The position numbers and the translations under genes are program-made. Source: Candidatus Woesearchaeota archaeon (GTDB taxonomy: Archaea > Nanobdellota > Nanobdellia > Woesearchaeales > UBA10216). From it: a DNA stretch of 42,812 bases. The stretch lies in the NCBI GenBank assembly GCA_018303115.1, contig JAGVYT010000013.1, forward strand, positions 1 to 42,812, read 5' to 3'. The notes below the pieces were generated by a model, which did no database searches, was not told the origin of the DNA, and saw only the letters and a list, made by a program, of their open reading frames with translations. This document shows positions 1-7,966 of this stretch, one piece after another; within the stretch, counting starts at the first letter, position 1; every line of letters begins with the position of its first letter.

Positions 1-84
1 ACTTAGTGTCTAGTTAAAACGTGATAGCACAGCCTCATTACATTAACCAAATACTTTATATAGAGTAATTAGTTACTTTTTTAA

Positions 85-429
85 ATGACTAAAGACGAAA
101 ATCCATATGAAAATCCATATAAGGCAGTGGGATATTCTTTTAATGAAATTCAGGGTGGTAAGCGAGGACCGCTAATTATGGAGTTGGTACATTTTGCAAA
201 TGACGGGTTACTATTTAGAAGGGATGGAAACGGTCCGCTATACCCTGTAGGGTTACCTGATGTTGGTTGTGAAATGATGAGAGCAGAAGAGATGTTACAA
301 AATCCTTTGATTATGGGAACTAAAATAGAAGCTGGTTATAGTGCTGAAACCGGTAGAATGGCATGGGAAATGCGTTTTGCTGCTGAACGTCGAAGTGAAA
401 GCATAGATAAATTAGCAGGAATGCAGTAA
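85..429 (+). CDS. hypothetical protein (AT-rich)
   Basis: 114-aa ORF; TATA-like TTTATATA at 55-62; 12-bp tandem duplication GAAAATCCATAT (97-120); no recognised motif. Confidence 0.6.
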   Translation: MTKDENPYENPYKAVGYSFNEIQGGKRGPLIMELVHFANDGLLFRRDGNGPLYPVGLPDVGCEMMRAEEMLQNPLIMGTKIEAGYSAETGRMAWEMRFAAERRSESIDKLAGMQ

Positions 430-473
430 TTCTGAATAATTAACGTTTTCTTTGAAAAATTTTCGATAATTAC

Positions 474-577
474 CACTGGACAACGAGAAGCAAGTCTCAG
501 AAGCAAAGCTTCTGATGATGCTCAGAAATAGCGATTTCTGACACTTCTGAGCCCAGTGTCCCATTGGACACTGGACA
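474..577. repeat. REP-like multi-hairpin element, copy 1
   Basis: Hairpins TCAGAAGC-AAA-GCTTCTGA (497-515), TCAGAAAT-AGCG-ATTTCTGA (522-541), CCAGTGTCC-CATT-GGACACTGG (553-574); homologous to 26069-26122 in reverse orientation. Confidence 0.8.
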
Positions 578-630
578 TGTGCGGGCAACTTATTTAAATA
601 GGGACGCCAATTGCTGCTACTGCGCAAAAA

Positions 631-1479
631 ATGGAAAATAATGGCAAACTAATCAGCGTCACAGATTTGTCTTCTTACAGCTTTTGCAGGCGAGGCCTTT
701 ATTTAAGGCTGGTTTTGGGCTTGAAAGAGCCTGTCAAGCCTGTAATGGTGCTTGGGGGGATAAGGCACCGGGTATATGACGAGGCTAACAAAAAGGAGGA
801 GTTTCTTGTAAGTCAGATTGGCAGCGATGTGAAACGTGAGGAAGTCCTGCAGATGTTCGCAAATGCCTATAATGCAGTCCTGAATAAAAGCGTCTACAGC
901 TATTCTCCGCAGATTGAAGCGCTGAAAATGGATAAGAATGAGGTGGCAGAGCAATTAAAGCAGATTGTCTTAGTGCAGTCCCGGTCAAGGGCAGACGAGG
1001 TATTAAGCTTTTCCTCAAAAACAGGGCTGTTTGGAAAGGAGTTGTGGAGCAAGCTTACTCCAAAGGTGATAACAGAGCTTGGTGTTCGCTCTCAAAAACT
1101 GCGCCTTAAGGGGGTTGTTGACAGGGTTGAAGTTTATGGCGACGAGTATGTTCCTGTTGAGATAAAGACCGGCCGCGCTCCTCATGAAGGCGTTTGGCCT
1201 GACCACAGGATGCAGCTTGCCGCTTATATGCTGCTTCTGAATGACAGTCTTAATGTCAATATCAAAGAGGGGGTAGTAAAGTATGTCGCTGCAAATCAAA
1301 CCAGGCAAGTGGTTATGAATCCGTTCATGGAGTATGAGGTAACGTCAGCGGTTGATAATGTTTTCAGCTTAATGGAACAGAGGCAGGTTCCGGGTTTCTG
1401 CGGCAAAGGCTACTGCAGCATTTGCGCCCTTGGCGAGGATTATGGGAAGCGCCTGATAAAGCTGCCTGCCCGCTCATAG
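631..1479 (+). CDS. cas4: solo Cas4-family PD-(D/E)XK nuclease with Fe-S cluster ligands
   Basis: N-terminal Cys (SYSFCRR), GVVD..EIKTG, QLAAY and C-terminal CGKGYCSIC; TATA at ~590-600; no cas1/cas2 or array nearby. Confidence 0.85.
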   Translation: MENNGKLISVTDLSSYSFCRRGLYLRLVLGLKEPVKPVMVLGGIRHRVYDEANKKEEFLVSQIGSDVKREEVLQMFANAYNAVLNKSVYSYSPQIEALKMDKNEVAEQLKQIVLVQSRSRADEVLSFSSKTGLFGKELWSKLTPKVITELGVRSQKLRLKGVVDRVEVYGDEYVPVEIKTGRAPHEGVWPDHRMQLAAYMLLLNDSLNVNIKEGVVKYVAANQTRQVVMNPFMEYEVTSAVDNVFSLMEQRQVPGFCGKGYCSICALGEDYGKRLIKLPARS

Positions 1480-1590
1480 GGTAATGTCAACTTACGCGCG
1501 TTTCGTTTTCTTTTCACTTCATTTCTCTACTCCTTGCAAAGTCAGGGAGGAGAAGAAATGAAGCGGCATGCCACTGAACTTGAGATTATC
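1480..1590. mobile_element. MITE A (111 bp)
   Basis: Imperfect TIR GGTAATGTCAA / TTGAGATTATC; perfect 9-bp flanking duplication CGCTCATAG (1471-1479, 1591-1599); internal hairpin 1517-1563. Confidence 0.8.
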
Positions 1591-1634
1591 CGCTCATAGA
1601 AGGGTTTAAATATAATCAAAAAATTCTTTCTGGA

Positions 1635-2699
1635 ATGGCGTATGACATTGGTTATCTTTTAAATTACCAAATCTGGGGCAATTCCGGGAAGGACTACCTT
1701 ACTGCGTTACTGATGGTGCTTGTGGGGGTGGCTGTTCTAAAGCTTTTCAAGAACATCGTCCTGTTAAGGCTTAAGAAAGTAGCCGCAAGGACAAAGACGG
1801 AATTTGACGACCTCCTTGTCAAGATACTCCGTGACATACAATGGCCTCTGTATTTCCTCATTTCTGTCTACATTGCCCTGCAGACGCTTGCACTGCCTGC
1901 TTTGGTAGTCAAGCTGTTCAATTACGCATTGATTGTAGGGGTTGCTTATTACATCGTCAGAGCAATTCAGGACTTTATAGACTTTGGAGCTGGCAGGATA
2001 GTCCACCGTCGTGAAAAGGCTGAAAAAACTCAGGAAGCGGCCCTGATCAAAACGCTTAGCCGCATAGCAAAAGGTATCTTGTGGGCTGTTGCTGTGCTTA
2101 TGGTTCTGTCAAACTTTGGCTATAATGTCTCCACGCTTGTGGCTGGTTTTGGAATCGGGGGAATAGCGGTTGCGTTTGCGCTGCAGAACATCCTGGGAGA
2201 CGTATTCAGCTCTGTTTCCATATACCTTGACAAGCCTTTTGAGATAGGCGACTTCATTATAATTGGCGACCAGATGGGGGTGGTAAAGAAAATCGGGATA
2301 AAATCCACGAGGATAGAGGCGTTGCAGGGAGAGGAAATTGTTGTCTCTAACCGAGAGCTTACCAGCACAAGGATTCAGAACTTCAAGAAAATGGAGAAGA
2401 GACGGGTTGTTTTTAAGTTTGGTGTTGTTTATGGAACTACTGTTTCAAAGCTTAAGAAGGCGAAGGAAATAGTGGCTGAGATTGTAAAGAAAGCCAAGCT
2501 TGCCGACCTTGACCGGGTTCATTTCAAGGAGTTCGGCGATTTCAGCCTTAACTTTGAGGTTGTTTATTACCTGAATTCCAGCGACTATAATGACTACATG
2601 AATACTCAGGAGGAAATCAATTTTGGGATAAAAGATGGTTTTGAGAAGGAGAAGATAGAGTTTGCCTATCCGACGCAGACCATTTTTGTGAACAGATGA
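1635..2699 (+). CDS. mscS: small-conductance mechanosensitive channel
   Basis: Several TM helices, GIGGIAVAFALQNILGD, KPFEIGDFI, terminal FAYPTQT. Confidence 0.95.
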   Translation: MAYDIGYLLNYQIWGNSGKDYLTALLMVLVGVAVLKLFKNIVLLRLKKVAARTKTEFDDLLVKILRDIQWPLYFLISVYIALQTLALPALVVKLFNYALIVGVAYYIVRAIQDFIDFGAGRIVHRREKAEKTQEAALIKTLSRIAKGILWAVAVLMVLSNFGYNVSTLVAGFGIGGIAVAFALQNILGDVFSSVSIYLDKPFEIGDFIIIGDQMGVVKKIGIKSTRIEALQGEEIVVSNRELTSTRIQNFKKMEKRRVVFKFGVVYGTTVSKLKKAKEIVAEIVKKAKLADLDRVHFKEFGDFSLNFEVVYYLNSSDYNDYMNTQEEINFGIKDGFEKEKIEFAYPTQTIFVNR

Positions 2700-2703
2700 A
2701 AGC

Positions 2704-3276
2704 ATGATGATAGCTGACTTCTTGGTGCCGTTCGTAACCATTGCAGTTGCAGAGCTTGGCGACAAGACGCAAATTGCAATGATGGCGTTTGCTGCAAGGC
2801 ACAGGCACACTCTGCAGATATTTCTCGGTGCAATGGCTGCTTCTTTGATTGTTGACGGCTCTGCGGTGCTGCTTGGAGCTTACGTTTTTGTTTATCTTCC
2901 TAAAGTTCTGCTGTCTGCAGTGGCTGGCAGCATTTTCATTCTCTTCGGGATTTACACGCTCTTAAAAAGGGAGAAAGAGAAAGGCGGCGGGGCAGCTACA
3001 AAAAAATCCGTGCTTGCCATGGCTTTCCTGCTGTTTTTCACAAGCGAATTCGGGGATAAGTCTCAACTTGCAGCCCTTCTTTTCGGAACCCAGTATAACA
3101 TGCTCCTTACGCTGCTTGGCACTCTTGGCGGTATAGCGGCTGTTCTGGTTGCTATGCTCCTTGCTGGCAAATACATTAGAGAGCACTTCAGGGAGAAGCG
3201 TGTGCGGCTCTTTTCTTCATTGCTGTTCTTGGCCGTAGGCGCATGGCTGCTCATTGGCGCTGCTGTCAAAGGATAA
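2704..3276 (+). CDS. GDT1/TMEM165 (UPF0016) Mn2+/Ca2+ transporter
   Basis: Two E-x-G-D-K-[TS]-Q motifs (ELGDKTQ, EFGDKSQ); ~6 TM helices. Confidence 0.92.
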   Translation: MMIADFLVPFVTIAVAELGDKTQIAMMAFAARHRHTLQIFLGAMAASLIVDGSAVLLGAYVFVYLPKVLLSAVAGSIFILFGIYTLLKREKEKGGGAATKKSVLAMAFLLFFTSEFGDKSQLAALLFGTQYNMLLTLLGTLGGIAAVLVAMLLAGKYIREHFREKRVRLFSSLLFLAVGAWLLIGAAVKG

Positions 3277-3309
3277 ACTTATTAAACTTTGTTTTCTGTA
3301 AAGGGCTGC

Positions 3310-4788
3310 ATGGAAATTAACAGGGTAAAGGAATCAGGAATCTTCGTCATTTTCGGGGTTACAGGAGACTTGGCAAAGCGCAAGTTAATACCTGCGCTAT
3401 ACAGGCTCAAGTCCAAAAGGTTGCTGCCTGAAAATTATTTTGTAGTAGGTGTTGGGCGGCGCGTTCTTACGGAAAGCGGTTTTGACAGGATGCTTGAGGA
3501 ATCAAGGAATAGCTTTATAGGACGTGTTAACAGAAGGGCTTGGTCTGAATTCAAAAAGCAAGTCAGCTATTACTCTATTAATTTTAAAAGTGTTAAGTCT
3601 TTCAGGAAACTGGCAAACTACATGGAAAGAACCGGCAGGGAAAGCAAATGCGGCGGCAACAGGGTTTTCTATCTGGCTATGCCCCCCGACGTGTTTGGAC
3701 CGGTAGCCAGGAATATGAAAAAAGCAGGATTGCTGAAAGGAAAGGGCTGGAAAAGGGTTGTGTTCGAGAAGCCTTTCGGGTTTGACCTGGAATCTGCCAG
3801 AGGGGTTAACAGGCAGGTGTCGTCTGTTTTTAGTGAGAGGCAGGTTTACCGCATAGACCATTATCTCGCCAAGGAGTTTGTGCAGAACATACTTTTTTTC
3901 AGGTTCGCAAACCCGATGTTTGAGCAGATATGGAATAATAATTTCATTGACAACGTGCAGATAACCATAGCAGAGCAGGATGGAATTGGCTCGAGGGGCA
4001 GGTATTACGAGAAAGCAGGCGCTGTTCGCGACATGGTTCAGAACCATGCCTTGCAGATACTGTCTTTTGTAGCAATGGAAGCCCCGAAGTCTGCAAAGTC
4101 TGCCGATACCTGTCCTGAAAAGGTGAGGGTTTTGAAGTCAATAAGGAAAGTTCTCCCAAGCGAGGTTGTTACAGGCCAGTATGGAAGCGGTAAAGTTAAT
4201 GGGAAGAACGTTGTTGCCTATAGAAAAGAGTCTGGCGTTGCCCCAGGCTCACTGACAGAGACATACGCTGCTATCAGGTTTTATGTTGACAATCCTCGGT
4301 GGGAGGGAGTTCCCTTTTATGTAAGGACGGGAAAGAGGCTTGCTAAGAGCTATGCTGAAGTCAACATTATGATAAAGGATGTTGTTTGCACTGTGTTCTG
4401 TGATGAAAGAATGGAGCACCCGAACATAATCACTGTGAGAATCCAGCCTGACGAGGGAATCTCCATTAAGTTTAATGTCAAATCCCACGAATCTGTATAC
4501 CCAATTAATCCTGTTATCATGGATTTCAGGCATAAGGCGGTTTTTGGGATGAACGCTCCTGAAGCTTATGAGACGCTTATCGCAGGGGTGATGCAGGGCG
4601 ATAAAGCGTTGTTTACAGACTGGGAGGAAACTGAGCAGAGCTGGAAGGTTATTGAGCCTGTGCTCAAGTCAATGGATAAAATGAGGAAGAAATTCCCAAA
4701 TTACAGGGCAGGCAGTTTTGGCCCGGAAGAGGCTGATAAATTGCTTGAGGGTAAAAAATGGGTGATGCCGCAGGGGGTGGGCGAATGA
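3310..4788 (+). CDS. zwf: glucose-6-phosphate dehydrogenase (bacterial/eukaryotic type)
   Basis: [43 protein letters not shown]; ATG at 3310 preferred. Confidence 0.97.
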   Translation: MEINRVKESGIFVIFGVTGDLAKRKLIPALYRLKSKRLLPENYFVVGVGRRVLTESGFDRMLEESRNSFIGRVNRRAWSEFKKQVSYYSINFKSVKSFRKLANYMERTGRESKCGGNRVFYLAMPPDVFGPVARNMKKAGLLKGKGWKRVVFEKPFGFDLESARGVNRQVSSVFSERQVYRIDHYLAKEFVQNILFFRFANPMFEQIWNNNFIDNVQITIAEQDGIGSRGRYYEKAGAVRDMVQNHALQILSFVAMEAPKSAKSADTCPEKVRVLKSIRKVLPSEVVTGQYGSGKVNGKNVVAYRKESGVAPGSLTETYAAIRFYVDNPRWEGVPFYVRTGKRLAKSYAEVNIMIKDVVCTVFCDERMEHPNIITVRIQPDEGISIKFNVKSHESVYPINPVIMDFRHKAVFGMNAPEAYETLIAGVMQGDKALFTDWEETEQSWKVIEPVLKSMDKMRKKFPNYRAGSFGPEEADKLLEGKKWVMPQGVGE

Positions 4789-5678
4789 AACTTGGCTTTA
4801 TCGGATTGGGCAGGATGGGGCATAATGTCGTTCTAAACCTGCTGTCAAAAAAACACGAAGTAGTTGCGTATAATCGTTCTGCTGACAAGGTTAGGAAGAT
4901 AGTGAAAAAGGGTGCGATAGGCGCATACTCGGCTGGAGAGCTTGCACGGAAACTGGCAAGGCCAAGGACGATTATAATCATGATTTCTGCGGGAAAGCCT
5001 GTTGACGCTGTTATTAGGCAGTTGCTGCCTCTGCTTTCAAAAGGTGATACGTTAGTTGAGGCAGGCAACTCTTGGTTTGAGGACTCAATCAGGCGCTATA
5101 AACTGTGCAAGGGAAAAGGCGTTAATTTCCTTGACATGGGAACTTCCGGAGGCTTGAAAGGCGCAAGATACGGCGCTTCATTAATGATAGGGGGGGACAA
5201 GCAGGCATTCAAGCGCCTTGAAAAGCTTTTCACTGACATGGCAGCAAGGGACGGCTATGCTTACGTGGGCGCTTCAGGAGCAGGGCATTTTGTGAAGATG
5301 GTTCACAACGGCATAGAGTATGCCCTTGAGGAAGCGTATGGAGAAGGGTTTGAAGTGCTGAAAAAATGCCCTTACAAGCTTGATCTCGCGAAAGTTGCGA
5401 GAGTCTGGAGCAGCGGCTCTATAATAAGGTCTTTCCTCAGCGAGCTTGCAGAGCAGGCATTCAGAAAGGACCCTGAACTAAGAAAGTTTAAGGGAGCGAT
5501 AGGCGGTGGCGAGACGGGAGCCTGGGCGTTAAAGGTTGCAAAAAAGGAAATGGTTGAGATGGAAACCCTTGCCCACGCACTAAGGGTAAGAAAGCAGTCG
5601 CTGAAAAAACAAACATTTGCCACAAAGCTTGTGTCTGCCTTAAGGGCTGAATTCGGCGGCCATAAGGAAGCCAAATAA
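4785..5678 (+). CDS. gnd: 6-phosphogluconate dehydrogenase (short type)
   Basis: [26 protein letters not shown]; ATGA overlap with the zwf stop. Confidence 0.96.
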   Translation: MKLGFIGLGRMGHNVVLNLLSKKHEVVAYNRSADKVRKIVKKGAIGAYSAGELARKLARPRTIIIMISAGKPVDAVIRQLLPLLSKGDTLVEAGNSWFEDSIRRYKLCKGKGVNFLDMGTSGGLKGARYGASLMIGGDKQAFKRLEKLFTDMAARDGYAYVGASGAGHFVKMVHNGIEYALEEAYGEGFEVLKKCPYKLDLAKVARVWSSGSIIRSFLSELAEQAFRKDPELRKFKGAIGGGETGAWALKVAKKEMVEMETLAHALRVRKQSLKKQTFATKLVSALRAEFGGHKEAK

Positions 5679-6364
5679 TGACGGTAACTACCATTTTTAA
5701 GAAAAGCAATGATGAATTAAGTAAAGCTGCCGTTAATATTTTAGTGGAAGTTGTTAACAAATTACTGCAGCAGCAGAAACAAGTTGTATTGGCTATTCCC
5801 GGAGGAAGAAGTGTTGCGGCCATCTGGAAATTGCTTGCTTCCGACCACAGAATACCTTGGAGAAAAATTCAGGTTTTAATGGCTGATGAGAGGGTTGTTC
5901 CGATAACAAGTGGGCAAAGCAATTACCGCTTAGCTTATGATACTTTTCTGAAGAAATTAATTGAAGCAGGAGAGCTGCCTGAGGAAAACCTGCATCCGTT
6001 TATTGCTGATAAAGGCAGCAGCAACTACAATAAAGAATTAAAAAAATACGGAGGAAAGCCGGACATGATAATCCTTAGCATCGGCGAGGACGGGCACGTA
6101 GGCGCGCTATATCCCAACCATCATTCTGTAAAAGACAGTTCAGAAGGTTACATAGCAGTGGACGACTCCCCCAAGCCGCCTCTGGAACGCATCACAATGT
6201 CAAGGAAAACAATGCTGAAGGCGAAAACTGCACTGCTGCTCTTCATTGGAGAGGCGAAAAGGGAAGCTTACGAGAAATTCAAGGCAGGTGACGATATTAT
6301 CGAATGCCCTGCAAGGCTTGCAAAGCAGATTAAGGACTCTTATGTGCTGACAGACCTTAAATGA
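5678..6364 (+). CDS. pgl: 6-phosphogluconolactonase
   Basis: PGGRS, DERVVP, IGEDGHVGALYP, PKPP..RIT; TAATG overlap with gnd. Confidence 0.92.
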   Translation: MTVTTIFKKSNDELSKAAVNILVEVVNKLLQQQKQVVLAIPGGRSVAAIWKLLASDHRIPWRKIQVLMADERVVPITSGQSNYRLAYDTFLKKLIEAGELPEENLHPFIADKGSSNYNKELKKYGGKPDMIILSIGEDGHVGALYPNHHSVKDSSEGYIAVDDSPKPPLERITMSRKTMLKAKTALLLFIGEAKREAYEKFKAGDDIIECPARLAKQIKDSYVLTDLK

Positions 6365-7064
6365 AGAGCTGCTGCAGGGAAAGTCTGTCATTAGGCATTG
6401 TTGAAAGTCTTGCCCGCTCTCTTATTCGCCCTTTCCTTTTTTCCTTCTCCCCTTAACTTGTTAGAGGGGGGAAGGAAAATTGGAGGAAGAAGCGACAGCA
6501 GCAAAACAGGCAAATAACGACTTTTTCAACAGAGCCCGGTCATTAAAAAAATACTTAAACTCTGATAAACTCCCGGCAGGAATGACTGGCATAGCCCAAA
6601 TAATCAGTGAACTTGACAGCTTGCCATTAAAATCAGCCGATGAAAGACATGAGGAATACATGCTTACAGGAGATCTCACAAAGCTAAACAATCATAGACT
6701 GACAGCCACCCCAAAAAGGATTATTGAATCTTCTGGAAGTCTCTCTGGTGAGCAATTCTCGGCTTTTTTGCAGCACGCTATTTCGATGTTTCCAAATCCG
6801 CAATTACCGAGTGGAATAACCGGATACGCATTCGATACTTTCTATGGCCGGAGTGTTTTATGCACAGTTGCCGTAGAGGCCTTTTTAAGCCGGGATAACC
6901 GCTCAGAAGCTGACAGGCTGACTCTAAGAAACGCATTGGCCCAGGTTAAGGGATATGAGATGGAAATACTTGTATTCGATAAGTTTGATGAATCCGGGGT
7001 AGCTGATGCAGAAATAACCATTGACAAGTTACTTATGCGTTTGTCAGAATTGCCTGTCCCTTAA
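6361..7064 (+). pseudogene. hypothetical gene apparently interrupted by MITE B (3' part still open, 6546-7064)
   Basis: Removing the MITE and one TSD joins ATG 6361 (ATGA overlap with pgl) in frame to the ORF ending at 7064, giving 183 aa; the listed TTG start at 6480 lies inside the MITE. Confidence 0.55.
6394..6536. mobile_element. MITE B (143 bp), IS903-like ends
   Basis: TIR GGCATTGTTGAAAGTC / GACTTTTTCAACAGAGCC; 9-bp TSD CTGTCATTA / CGGTCATTA; hairpin 6439-6479; left end identical to 24791. Confidence 0.9.
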
Positions 7065-7149
7065 CCTTGATTCCGTTCTAGTATAACTGCGCATTTATTG
7101 TCTGTTTTCCAAAGAATGCCTCGTTATCTCAAGGCTGCAGCTGCCATAC

Positions 7150-7488
7150 TTAAGACGTTACAATAATTCTCTTTTTTCGCAGCTCCTTATCAGCAACATT
7201 CAGGGAAAACTGTTTTAAAAAATCCTCAATTAGGGAAACATCCGGGTTTTTCCTATCCAGCCTGTATAAAACCGCCTTTCCTATTTTTCTCGACACTTTT
7301 ATAATTCCAAAATTCAACATCTGCTTAACATACTTGTAAACGGTTAACTTGCTCATTCCCAACTCTTTAACCAGTTCTTCCCTCGTAAAATCAAAATATG
7401 AATTTTCTAAAAATACGTTCAGGAGCCTTAGCTTTGGGGAGTCGCCAAACAGCTGTAATAATACAGAGCCTTCTTCAGGATATGCCAT
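7150..7488 (-). CDS. winged-helix transcriptional regulator
   Basis: LFGDSPKLRLL..FTREELVKELGMSKLTVYK..RKIGKAVLYRL; ATG at 7488 preferred. Confidence 0.8.
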   Translation of the reverse strand: MAYPEEGSVLLQLFGDSPKLRLLNVFLENSYFDFTREELVKELGMSKLTVYKYVKQMLNFGIIKVSRKIGKAVLYRLDRKNPDVSLIEDFLKQFSLNVADKELRKKRIIVTS

Positions 7489-7549
7489 TTTTACCACATG
7501 CCTTAGCGACATAGCAAAGTTTAAATACTTTACCATATAAAGTATTGTT

Positions 7550-7807
7550 ATGATACTTTCTGATTCAGAAATAAAAAAGGCTATTTTGGAATTTTTGGTA
7601 AAGAAAGCAAGGTGGGGCTCTAATTACTTTCCGTTGCAGACATTGACAAGCTGGTTTGGCAGGAAGTTGGAAAGCAACGGGAAAAGGTCGAAAAAAGCTG
7701 TTAAAGAACTTTTGAAAGAAGAACTGCTGCTCATTCACAAAAGGGGAGAAACTATTTCCTTAAACCCACACAAAAAAGAGGGGGTAATAGGGTTAATTGG
7801 AAAGTGA
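7550..7807 (+). CDS. small basic wHTH-like hypothetical protein
   Basis: 85 aa, divergent from the regulator, shared TTTAAATA at ~7520. Confidence 0.7.
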   Translation: MILSDSEIKKAILEFLVKKARWGSNYFPLQTLTSWFGRKLESNGKRSKKAVKELLKEELLLIHKRGETISLNPHKKEGVIGLIGK

Positions 7808-7821
7808 ACTAAGCTTTGAAC

Positions 7822-7965
7822 TTAAATGCTTCCTTTGTTTTCCAGCGCATGCTTAGTTATCTCCAAACTACAGCTGCTGTGCTTCCTGCAGAAGTCTTCG
7901 CATTCCTTCGCCCATTTTTCCTCCGTGTAGTGGAAGTTGCACACTGAGCATTGGTAGGTTTTCAT
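7822..7965 (-). CDS. 47-aa Cys-rich metal-binding protein (missing from ORF track)
   Basis: MKTYQCSVCNFHYTEEKWAKECEDFCRKHSSCSLEITKHALENKGSI; starts 1 nt after the copA stop. Confidence 0.85.
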   Translation of the reverse strand: MKTYQCSVCNFHYTEEKWAKECEDFCRKHSSCSLEITKHALENKGSI

Positions 7966-7966
7966 T

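Noticed and set aside
7065-7134. Another MITE (CCTTGA..TCAAGG)
   Set aside because: Only 6-bp inverted match and no target duplication
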